Assembly: GCA_003543115.1 (NCBI GenBank)
Contig: DPJH01000006.1
Span: forward strand, 1-42,787
From: Candidatus Moraniibacteriota bacterium
Lineage (GTDB): Bacteria > Patescibacteriota > Minisyncoccia > Moranbacterales > UBA2206
Direction: 5' to 3'
DNA: 42,787 bases
The position numbers and the translations under genes are program-made. Numbering within the stretch: position 1 is the first letter of the stretch; each line of letters starts with the position of its first letter. The notes under the pieces are model-generated. The model worked only from the letters and a program-made list of their open reading frames with translations, was not told the origin of the DNA and ran no database searches. Below are positions 8,858 to 16,786 of the stretch, piece after piece.

Positions 8858-9628
8858 TTATTTTTCTTTTTTAATATTATATTTTCCTGTTAACAATCTC
8901 CATTTTACCTGAAAGAGTTCTTTCAAGGTGGATGAATATCCGCCTAACCCGGAAACACCTACCAAGCTTTGTCCGGCATCCATCCAAATGACAGGAACTT
9001 CTTTGATTTCATATCCGGTTTTTTTAGCTAACATCAGCATCTCAAAATCTCCGCCCCAACGATCTACCTGCATTTTAGAAATGATATTTTTAACGGCCTC
9101 TTCAGAAAGGACCTTGAATCCGCATTGGGTATCTTCAATTCCTCGAAGACCCATCAAGAATTGGATTAAAATATTTCCCGCATCTCCTAATAATTCTTTC
9201 CATTTAGGTTGATGTTTTGCTATTTTTGACTCTTTAAGATCTCGAGATCCGATAATTACATCTTCGCCTTTTTGCATGTGCTGCATAAATCCATCCAAAT
9301 TATCTATAGATGTCGCTCCATCAGCATCTGTTAAGAGTCTGAATTTACCTCTGGCTTTTAAAAATCCTTCGCGAACAGAATACCATTTACCGCGATTCTC
9401 CTTCCGATCCACTACCAATAGATTATTATTTACTAAAGAAGATAAGTTTTTTACAAATTCAGCAGTATCATCTTTTGATCCATCATTAACCACTATGACT
9501 TCGTATTCTAAATTATTTTTTTGCATATAGTCACCTATTTCTTGCAGGTTTCTTTTCAACTCCTCTCCCTTTCTACCGCCTTCATTATAAGCAGGTATTA
9601 TGACCGATAAATAGATATCACGTTGCAT
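8858..9628 (-). CDS. GT2 glycosyltransferase, polyprenyl/dolichyl-phosphate glucosyltransferase-like
   Basis: LSVIIPAYNE, VVNDGSKD, NRGK, TDADG, IGSR, DTQCGFK. Confidence 0.9.
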   Translation of the reverse strand: MQRDIYLSVIIPAYNEGGRKGEELKRNLQEIGDYMQKNNLEYEVIVVNDGSKDDTAEFVKNLSSLVNNNLLVVDRKENRGKWYSVREGFLKARGKFRLLTDADGATSIDNLDGFMQHMQKGEDVIIGSRDLKESKIAKHQPKWKELLGDAGNILIQFLMGLRGIEDTQCGFKVLSEEAVKNIISKMQVDRWGGDFEMLMLAKKTGYEIKEVPVIWMDAGQSLVGVSGLGGYSSTLKELFQVKWRLLTGKYNIKKEK

Positions 9629-9720
9629 CTTTTTGATTTAGATTATTTAATAAGTTATTTTATCAATTATAACATAGATCCAGGGAAACATCCAAATTTA
9701 CATATCAAAATCCCAATTAA

Positions 9721-9752
9721 AAAAACTCATCCCGCTAGCGGGATGAGTTTTT
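9721..9752. terminator. Perfect 32-bp palindrome; terminator after rplL
   Basis: AAAAACTCATCCCGCT|AGCGGGATGAGTTTTT. Confidence 0.85.
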
Positions 9753-9766
9753 CTGTTGAATCCAGA

Positions 9767-10168
9767 TTATTTCAAGGTAACAGTAGCTCCAGCTTCTTCA
9801 AGTTTTTTCTTCATTGCATCAGCATCAGCTTTTGATACTTTTTCTTTAACAACTTTTGGAGCAGCATCTACCAAATCCTTAGCTTCTTTCAATCCAAGAC
9901 CGGTTACTTCTCTAACAACTTTGATAACATTGATTTTTGAAGCGCCAGCTGCAGTCACTTCTACGTCAAATTCAGTTTTTTCTTCAACAGCAGCAGCTTC
10001 AGCTGCAGGAGCAGCTCCCATCATCATTGGAGCAGCAGCGCTAACGCCAAATTTTTCTTCTAAAACTTTCACTAGTTCGCTTAAATCCAAAACACTCATT
10101 GTTTCAATTTCAGAAACAATCTTTTCGAATTTTGCAGGAACAACTACTTCTTTTTTTTCTTCTGTCAT
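9767..10168 (-). CDS. rplL: 50S ribosomal protein L7/L12
   Basis: [42 protein letters not shown]. Confidence 0.99.
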   Translation of the reverse strand: MTEEKKEVVVPAKFEKIVSEIETMSVLDLSELVKVLEEKFGVSAAAPMMMGAAPAAEAAAVEEKTEFDVEVTAAGASKINVIKVVREVTGLGLKEAKDLVDAAPKVVKEKVSKADADAMKKKLEEAGATVTLK

Positions 10169-10249
10169 ATGATTAGTTCTTGGTTTATGGTTTGTAGTTT
10201 ATAAATCTACCTACCAAAACTTATTTATTATTTAAATGTTTATAATTAA

Positions 10250-10765
10250 TTATTTTTTATCTGAAATAGCTTTTAAAGCCGTAACCAGGCCTCTCATGTT
10301 TCCAGCTAAGACATTGACAAATCCAGAAACCGGAGCATTTAACGTACCGACTAGTTTTGATAACAATTCTTCTTTGCTAGGCAACTTAGCCAGAGCATTT
10401 ACTTCGTCAGCTGTTAACTCCTTAGTTCCCAATATTCCTCCTACTATTTTCAAATTTTCATTAACCTTAGCCAGTTTTGCAATGATCTTGGCTGCCGCTA
10501 CTTCGTCTTTTTCAGAAACTGCAATAGCAATTTGTCCTTCCAATTCCCTGACATCCATCTCAATTCCAGCATCCTTAAGGGCAATATTAATCAAAGTTTT
10601 TTTAGCTACGCTAAGATCAACTCCTTCCGCTCGCAGCTCTCTTCGCAAAACAGTCATATCTTTCACTTTTAGGCCTTTGTAATCAGAAAAAACAACTGCC
10701 TTGGATGACTTTAACTTCTCCGCTAATTCCTTGACAATTATTTCTTTTTGTTGTTTGGTTTGCAT
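10250..10765 (-). CDS. rplJ: 50S ribosomal protein L10
   Basis: DYKGLKV..LRRELR, KKTLINIAL, LAKLPSKEELL; directly upstream of rplL. Confidence 0.98.
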   Translation of the reverse strand: MQTKQQKEIIVKELAEKLKSSKAVVFSDYKGLKVKDMTVLRRELRAEGVDLSVAKKTLINIALKDAGIEMDVRELEGQIAIAVSEKDEVAAAKIIAKLAKVNENLKIVGGILGTKELTADEVNALAKLPSKEELLSKLVGTLNAPVSGFVNVLAGNMRGLVTALKAISDKK

Positions 10766-10815
10766 ATTCGTAAATTTAACATATTAAAAGATTTAATTTG
10801 CATATTTGTAAAGAC

Positions 10816-10900
10816 AAACAAAAAATCTGCGTTTAACCGCAGACATAAAAAAGCAATCTTGCTTCCTCAGTAGGATTTATGGAAACCTACTATCTACGGA
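10816..10900 (-). ncRNA. L10 ribosomal leader with downstream attenuator hairpin
   Basis: Minus strand UCCGUAGAUAGUAGG-UUUCCAUAAAU-CCUACUGAGGAA resembles the L10-leader core; followed by UCUGCG-GUUAAA-CGCAGA-UUUUUUG. Confidence 0.8.
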
Positions 10901-10908
10901 ATATTTCT

Positions 10909-10938
10909 ATTGTATATTTAAAAGCCTTATTTTGTCAA
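10909..10938 (-). promoter_or_regulatory. Sigma70-type promoter of rplJL
   Basis: TTGACA-18 nt-TACAAT immediately after the rpsP stop codon. Confidence 0.7.
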
Positions 10939-11283
10939 TTATTCAGCCTTTGCCTCTTCTGCAGCAACAGCATTTTCTCCTTCTTTTGGAGTTTCAGCCG
11001 CAACCTCTTCCACTTTTTTTGCTGGAACTTTCACTTTTCTTTTTCCTCCTTCAATGATGCCTTTTTTGACAAAAAGATTATAAGCCGTATCAGACAGTTG
11101 AACCCCCTTGGACATCCAATAGTTTATTCTATCTTGTTTTAAAACAGCCTCCTTTGAATGAGGATCATAGCTGCCAAGGATTTCGATATGGCGCCCACCA
11201 GGAGCAATCGTGTTCTCCTGAAGCATTATTTTAAATTGAGCCTTATTCTTTTTACCGACGCGAGCAAATCTTATAGTTAACAT
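10939..11283 (-). CDS. rpsP: 30S ribosomal protein S16
   Basis: MLTIRFARVGKK, GRHIEILGSYDP, YWMSKGVQLSDT; low-complexity C-terminal tail. Confidence 0.97.
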   Translation of the reverse strand: MLTIRFARVGKKNKAQFKIMLQENTIAPGGRHIEILGSYDPHSKEAVLKQDRINYWMSKGVQLSDTAYNLFVKKGIIEGGKRKVKVPAKKVEEVAAETPKEGENAVAAEEAKAE

Positions 11284-11369
11284 AATTCAACACGAAATAA
11301 CTGAAAGTTATTCCTGATTTAAAACTTATTTTAGTTACTTGGCTATTTTACACTATGGCCTGGAAATTG

Positions 11370-12044
11370 TCAATTGACTTGGCTTTGAATAACTCCTGGA
11401 GCGGCTTGCACCGGAACATTTGCTTCAGCAGAAAGCTTTCTGAAAATATATACTACTGCTAAAGAAGTGAGGGGAACGGTGACTAAAAGACCGATTCCTA
11501 CAAACAAAAGTCCTGCTAAATTCAGAAGTATGGCCACGAGAGAAAAAATAAATAAATTCATTTTTTGACCCTTTGTCATTCTGGCGCTTTCTTTCAAAGC
11601 CTCTAGCGGCCCCATATTCTTATCGATAATAAGATAAGCGAAGAATTGGTATTTTATAGACCAAATTATCCCTGGAACTATGAGCAAAATAAATCCAACC
11701 GCGACAATGACCACATAAACGATGCCTCCGATAATGTAGTCTAGGAAATGATCGACTCCGGAAAACAAATCTCCCACATTTCTCTCTTGCTTTTTATCAT
11801 GAAGGCCGAGGAAAATTTTTATCATTCCGATATTGACAATAATCTGTAAGATAAAAAATCCGACTCCGATCATCAAAAGCGGAATTTCCATCGAAGAAAA
11901 ATCTTCAAAAACAAAATCGGCCAGCTCAGGAAACAAATTAAGGGCAAAAACGATCATCTGCAATCCAAGGATAAACCAAAAATTATTTTTTAGGATTTCC
12001 CAACCGGCTGATATAGCCTCTTCAATTGAAAATTTTTTCTCCAT
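11370..12044 (-). CDS. Integral membrane protein (DUF975-like)
   Basis: Several hydrophobic helices; LLIVPGIIWSIKYQFFAYLIID...EALKESARMTKG. Confidence 0.75.
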   Translation of the reverse strand: MEKKFSIEEAISAGWEILKNNFWFILGLQMIVFALNLFPELADFVFEDFSSMEIPLLMIGVGFFILQIIVNIGMIKIFLGLHDKKQERNVGDLFSGVDHFLDYIIGGIVYVVIVAVGFILLIVPGIIWSIKYQFFAYLIIDKNMGPLEALKESARMTKGQKMNLFIFSLVAILLNLAGLLFVGIGLLVTVPLTSLAVVYIFRKLSAEANVPVQAAPGVIQSQVN

Positions 12045-12071
12045 TTTTTTTTATGATTATTTTTTAAAAAA

Positions 12072-14435
12072 TTATTTTTCTAAAATCCTGCCTCCTTGGC
12101 CGATTTGATCAATGCGCACTGAAAGCAATTTTGAAATACCGTCATCTCCCATCGTCACTCCATAAAGCATTGAAGCTTGCCGCATAGTTTCACGATTATG
12201 CGTTATGATCACAAATTGGGTGCTGCCGGAAAGTTCTTGGATAATCCTGCCGAAACGTTTGGAATTGGCTTCGTCCAGCGCCGCTTCCACCTCATCCAAA
12301 ACTGCAAACGGCGGAGGATTATGGGAAATAATGGCGAACAAAAGAGCTAGCGAGGTAAGAGATCTTTCTCCCCCTGAAAGCATAGAAAGATTGCTGATTT
12401 TTTTACCGGGAGGAGAAGCTGAAATATCAATACCGATCTCTGTTCTCTCCTTCTTTTCTTCTAAATTCATTTCTGATAGATCACCCATTTCTTCGCCTTC
12501 CAGAGTCGCGTCATCGCTTTCTTTATATGACCTCTTGCGCATCTCCACTTTTTTCAAAACTGCGTTGCCTCCTCCAAAAATGATTCTAAAATATTTGGTG
12601 AATTCTTTGTTTATCTCTTCAAATGTTGAGGCAAATTCTTTGTGGATCTTCTGATCCATTTCCTTGATTATTTCTTTCAAGCTGACAATGGCTTCTTCCA
12701 AATCCTGTGATTCCTTGGTCAAAAATTCAAAACGTTTATTGGTTTCTTCATATTCCTCAACCACCAATGGATCAATGCCTCCAATCTGCTCCATCTGAAT
12801 TTTCAGTTTAGAAATATCATGCTCCAATTGGGACCGATTGATGTTTTCTTTTTGAATTTCAATTTTATTTTCATCAATATATAGATTCAAATTGTCCACA
12901 TCTATCCTAAGTTCGCGCAAAACATCCGCACGCAAATCTTCTTCATGGACTTCAACTCGCGCCAGCGCAACCTTAGAATCATTGAATTGATCTTTCAATC
13001 TATTCAGTTCTTCCTGCTTTGACCTGAAGAGACCTTCTATTTCAAAAAATTTCTGCCTTTTTTGCCTGTCTGACTGAATTTCCTCCTGAATCTTTTTTTC
13101 CAAATCTGCAATTTCAGCTTCGATTTTTTCAATATCTGCCCGTAATTTTATGGTTTTCTCTTTATATTCGATAATAACCTTGGAATCGACAATTGGAGCT
13201 GGCTTTGGCTTTTCAACAACTTCTTTTTTCTCCGGTTCCTTTTTTCCATTTTCAATATCACTCTTCAATTCAAACAGTCTTTGCTGGATTGAACGCGCCA
13301 TTTCCTTTATATCTTGCAATTCTTCCATGCTTTCAGCCTGCTCAATTTGCAAAATTAATTTTTCTTGTTGCATGCGGATATCTTCAATGCCGCGCCTGAC
13401 ATAATGCAAATCGACCGGAATGCTTTGCACTTTTATCTCCTCGATCATTTCCATGTTTTTCTGCTTTTCTTTCTCAATTTCAATTCTCCCTTCTGTCACG
13501 ATCAAATCCCTATCCAATTGATTTCTGATCTGCCTTTTTTCGTTCTTTTGTTTTTCCAAATCAGCCAGATGCGTATTCGTCTTGTCTTCTCGAGCCTCTT
13601 TTCCCAGTTCATCGCCTAACTTGTCCGCTTCTCTTTGGACATTCATCATCTTTCTGCCCAACTCATCCTTAGCCTCGTTGAATTTATTTTTTTCAGTCTG
13701 AAAATTATTCCATAGGTAATTATAGAGCGTAATTTGTTTTTCCTTCAGTTCTTTGGAAACAACCTCGCCTTGCGAAGCTTTCTCCGCTTGTCTCTTGAGC
13801 ATTTTGAGATGCGGCTTTATTTCTTCAGCCAAGCCCTTGGCTTTTTCCAAATTTTCCCTGGTAGAGTCAAGTTTTCGAAGCGATCTGTCTTTTTTGATTT
13901 GATATTGCTTCACCCCTGCCGCTTCCTCAATGATAGAGCGGCGATCCAGCGGAGTGGCATTAAGAACCGCGTCAGCCATGCCTTGATTGATGATGGAATA
14001 ACTTTCTTTTCCAATTCCTGCTTTAGCCAAAATATCCACTACGTCCTGAAGCCTGGCTCTTGAACCGTTTATCAAATATTCGCTTTCTCCGCTGCGATAA
14101 ATTTTTCTGGCAATAGAAACCTCATCGAATTCCAAAGGTATTTTTTTGTCCTCATTGTCAAAATAGAGAGTCACTTGGGCGCTTCCGAGTCGTGCTTTTT
14201 TCCCGGAACCGGCAAAAATAATATCCTCTGATTTTTTTCCGCGCAAATTCTTCATGGATTGTTCCCCCATCACCCAGCGCAAAGAGTCCGCAATATTGGA
14301 TTTTCCAGAACCGTTCGGACCCACCACAGCAGTCACTCCGCGCACACCTTCATCAGAATTGGACATTGAAAAATCCAACACTGTTTTGTTGGCAAAAGAC
14401 TTGAATCCTGAAATTTCCAGTTTTTTTAGATACAT
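12072..14435 (-). CDS. smc: Chromosome segregation ATPase Smc, short form (787 aa) with no recognisable hinge
   Basis: GFKSFA, GPNGSGKSN, IINQG, EEAAG; C-terminal LSGGE, VLDEVEAALD, ITHN. Confidence 0.9.
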   Translation of the reverse strand: MYLKKLEISGFKSFANKTVLDFSMSNSDEGVRGVTAVVGPNGSGKSNIADSLRWVMGEQSMKNLRGKKSEDIIFAGSGKKARLGSAQVTLYFDNEDKKIPLEFDEVSIARKIYRSGESEYLINGSRARLQDVVDILAKAGIGKESYSIINQGMADAVLNATPLDRRSIIEEAAGVKQYQIKKDRSLRKLDSTRENLEKAKGLAEEIKPHLKMLKRQAEKASQGEVVSKELKEKQITLYNYLWNNFQTEKNKFNEAKDELGRKMMNVQREADKLGDELGKEAREDKTNTHLADLEKQKNEKRQIRNQLDRDLIVTEGRIEIEKEKQKNMEMIEEIKVQSIPVDLHYVRRGIEDIRMQQEKLILQIEQAESMEELQDIKEMARSIQQRLFELKSDIENGKKEPEKKEVVEKPKPAPIVDSKVIIEYKEKTIKLRADIEKIEAEIADLEKKIQEEIQSDRQKRQKFFEIEGLFRSKQEELNRLKDQFNDSKVALARVEVHEEDLRADVLRELRIDVDNLNLYIDENKIEIQKENINRSQLEHDISKLKIQMEQIGGIDPLVVEEYEETNKRFEFLTKESQDLEEAIVSLKEIIKEMDQKIHKEFASTFEEINKEFTKYFRIIFGGGNAVLKKVEMRKRSYKESDDATLEGEEMGDLSEMNLEEKKERTEIGIDISASPPGKKISNLSMLSGGERSLTSLALLFAIISHNPPPFAVLDEVEAALDEANSKRFGRIIQELSGSTQFVIITHNRETMRQASMLYGVTMGDDGISKLLSVRIDQIGQGGRILEK

Positions 14436-14456
14436 TATAACGAGACAATATTTTTA

Positions 14457-14762
14457 TTAGTTCTTCTGTTCATCAGACTCGACTTCGCTTTCCTCAACGA
14501 CATCCTCCACCTGTTTCAGAATAAGCGCATCCAATTCCTCACCCACTTCCATTTCTACCTGATTCAGCTCAGCGTGAATCTTTTCTATTTTAGCCACCGA
14601 CTCGTCCACTTGAGACTCTATTTCGGACAACCTTTCATCAGTCTTGATTCCGCTTTCTTTTATCTCCTGGTTGATTTTTTCCGCCTCTTTCAGCAATTCT
14701 CCTAGCTGATTATCCAATTCCTGTTCATCGACAGGCGATTGAGTTGTTTGTACATTATCCAT
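14457..14762 (-). CDS. Small, very acidic helical protein of unknown function
   Basis: 101-aa ORF with ATG start, E/D-rich with heptad pattern, fills the gap between neighbours. Confidence 0.75.
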   Translation of the reverse strand: MDNVQTTQSPVDEQELDNQLGELLKEAEKINQEIKESGIKTDERLSEIESQVDESVAKIEKIHAELNQVEMEVGEELDALILKQVEDVVEESEVESDEQKN

Positions 14763-14786
14763 AATTTTTAGAAAGTAAATTACTTT

Positions 14787-16697
14787 TTATTGACCTGGCT
14801 GAAAAAATCTTTCTATAGCCTCATTTAACCGTCCATTCCTATTTCTGGTCGTCCTATAGTAGACCTGCAATAGAGTTCTGAAACCTTCCACATCCCACCC
14901 ATCACCAGCTGATAGTCTGCTTCTATTTAAGAAATCAGCCAGATCAAGAACGGCGGAATTTTCACCCGTAGTCATGCTATCGCCAAATTCTGCTTGAAGG
15001 TATCTGTTCCAGCCGGAAACCATGTCGTCAATACGCAGACGCTCTCTAGACTCGGCCTGGGTCGCATTGCCTCTGTGCGCTCCATCATTTGCCGTTGCGC
15101 CCGCCTCCGCAGCATTTCTTCTATTACGCACTTCCGTGTCTGCCATCACATCAGGATTTTCACCTCGCATCCTCGTTTCCACGTCCAGATCCAAAGGCCG
15201 GCCTTCTTTGATACGGATCAATTGCTCCCGATTGTCTCGATGAGGATTGGACCGCCTATCCATCTCAGCGATGGATGCATTAATTCTGGTTTTTCTTTCA
15301 GTCCACATATTTCTGTTTGCCTGAATCTGTTCATTCCCTTCTCTTATCATTTGATCGAAAAGTCTAATGGTGCTATCTATCCTGACTGCGCGGGTCGACA
15401 TCCCACTTAAAGCCAACGCCTCGGTTATTTGTGCTTTTTGTTCCTCCAATGTTCTTAGTCTTGCTAGCGTATCCCTATTGCCCATTTCAGCTCTAGCTAT
15501 TTCGATGTCCATCAAGTTCCGTTGGGATTGCAGATTAGCCAGCTCATTTTCCATCGGCCTCAATCTTTCATCATAAACTCCGACTAGCCGGTCAACAGCA
15601 CGATCTCTTCTGTTGGTATAGTTATTCATACGACCCTCCCTGCTTTCAAGCTCAGTCTGAATAATATCTCTATTGCGCAGCTCATTATTCCTGCGTTCTT
15701 CGATAGTTCTGATTTGCAATTGGATCGAAGCAGTGCCTGGCATGCCTTGTCTTTGTAGATTTTCGATGGTACCTCTCATTGCCGCAATAGATTGGTCGAG
15801 ATTATTGATCAATAAATTAGAGGCATCTAGTCTATTTTTTTGCGCAACAGCCCTTCTCTCATGATGACCAGCCCAAAAACCATTATAAGCAATGCTTATC
15901 CTATTCATCATTCTGCCAGTTATAGACATCTCTTGGGATTGATCATAAATCCTTAAAACCATTTCCCTTGCCCTGTCTCTCATCCTGGTAAAAATATTAG
16001 AGCACTCTCTGTTGAAAAATGCTGGCGGATGAGGACCCTCAGGATTGCGAGGCTGACGATTATCCGGCCTATTCCTATCAGAACCGCCCATTGCTGCCGC
16101 CTCTGGATCATCTACTAAATTATCCGGTTCATTATTCCTTCTATTACTTTCCGCTCTTCTTCTTTGTGATTCTCTCTCTAGCCTATCTGCTTCATCATTA
16201 ACATCACCTGCAACAGATCTTCTTCTCTGTGATTCCCTTTCCAATCTAGCTGCTTCATCATCTTCGTCCACAGGCGGGACATTTGGAGGCACATCAGGAG
16301 CTGCTTGAGCGCCACCCTGATTTGCATTTCTGTGATCCAATCCTCCGCTTGCTATGTGACGTGCCATACGCATTACTTCATCATCTTCATCTGCCAATGG
16401 AAAACTCGGTGCTACATTTGGAGCTGTTTGAACAGTGCCAAGATTTGCATTTCGGTGATTCAAGCCTCCGCTAGCAATATGACGCATCATTCGTGCTACC
16501 TCGTCATCTACCGGTGGAGTATTTAGATCTATATTGGAATTTAATTGAGTAGCGCCTCGATTTGCATTTCGATGATCTAATCCCCCGCTAGCAATATGTC
16601 GATCATAACGTGCTTCTTCATCCATATCCGTGTCAGCTTTCTTATTAACATTTCTATTTGCAGCTTCATTGTAAAATGCCCTTTCTTCGTCACGCAT
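14787..16697 (-). CDS. Hypothetical Arg/Asn/Asp-rich, Lys-poor protein with N-terminal repeats and a coiled-coil domain
   Basis: 636-aa ORF; three RHIASGGL(D/N)HRNAN repeats and two DEAxRLERESQRRR repeats; C-terminal half aligns by eye with the N-terminus of 16787..19393. Confidence 0.85.
   Translation of the reverse strand: MRDEERAFYNEAANRNVNKKADTDMDEEARYDRHIASGGLDHRNANRGATQLNSNIDLNTPPVDDEVARMMRHIASGGLNHRNANLGTVQTAPNVAPSFPLADEDDEVMRMARHIASGGLDHRNANQGGAQAAPDVPPNVPPVDEDDEAARLERESQRRRSVAGDVNDEADRLERESQRRRAESNRRNNEPDNLVDDPEAAAMGGSDRNRPDNRQPRNPEGPHPPAFFNRECSNIFTRMRDRAREMVLRIYDQSQEMSITGRMMNRISIAYNGFWAGHHERRAVAQKNRLDASNLLINNLDQSIAAMRGTIENLQRQGMPGTASIQLQIRTIEERRNNELRNRDIIQTELESREGRMNNYTNRRDRAVDRLVGVYDERLRPMENELANLQSQRNLMDIEIARAEMGNRDTLARLRTLEEQKAQITEALALSGMSTRAVRIDSTIRLFDQMIREGNEQIQANRNMWTERKTRINASIAEMDRRSNPHRDNREQLIRIKEGRPLDLDVETRMRGENPDVMADTEVRNRRNAAEAGATANDGAHRGNATQAESRERLRIDDMVSGWNRYLQAEFGDSMTTGENSAVLDLADFLNRSRLSAGDGWDVEGFRTLLQVYYRTTRNRNGRLNEAIERFFQPGQ
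16321..16601 (-). repeat. Three in-frame ~41-nt repeats encoding RHIASGGLxHRNAN
   Basis: Copies start at about 16321, 16444 and 16561 (spacing 123 and 117 nt); differences mostly synonymous. Confidence 0.85.
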
Positions 16698-16786
16698 ATT
16701 TTTATAAATAAAGATTTAGGATTAATTTTCCCCTATCGAAATTATATCACTAAAAAGCCAAAAAATAAAATTTCCATGCTGGCTCC

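Noticed and set aside
14457-14762. WXG100/type VII secretion substrate
   Set aside because: Size and helicity fit, but there is no WxG motif and no secretion ATPase in the window
16321-16601. Spaced direct repeats resembling a CRISPR array
   Set aside because: They lie in frame in a long ORF, periods are multiples of 3, differences are mostly synonymous, spacers (~80 nt) are too long, and no cas genes are present
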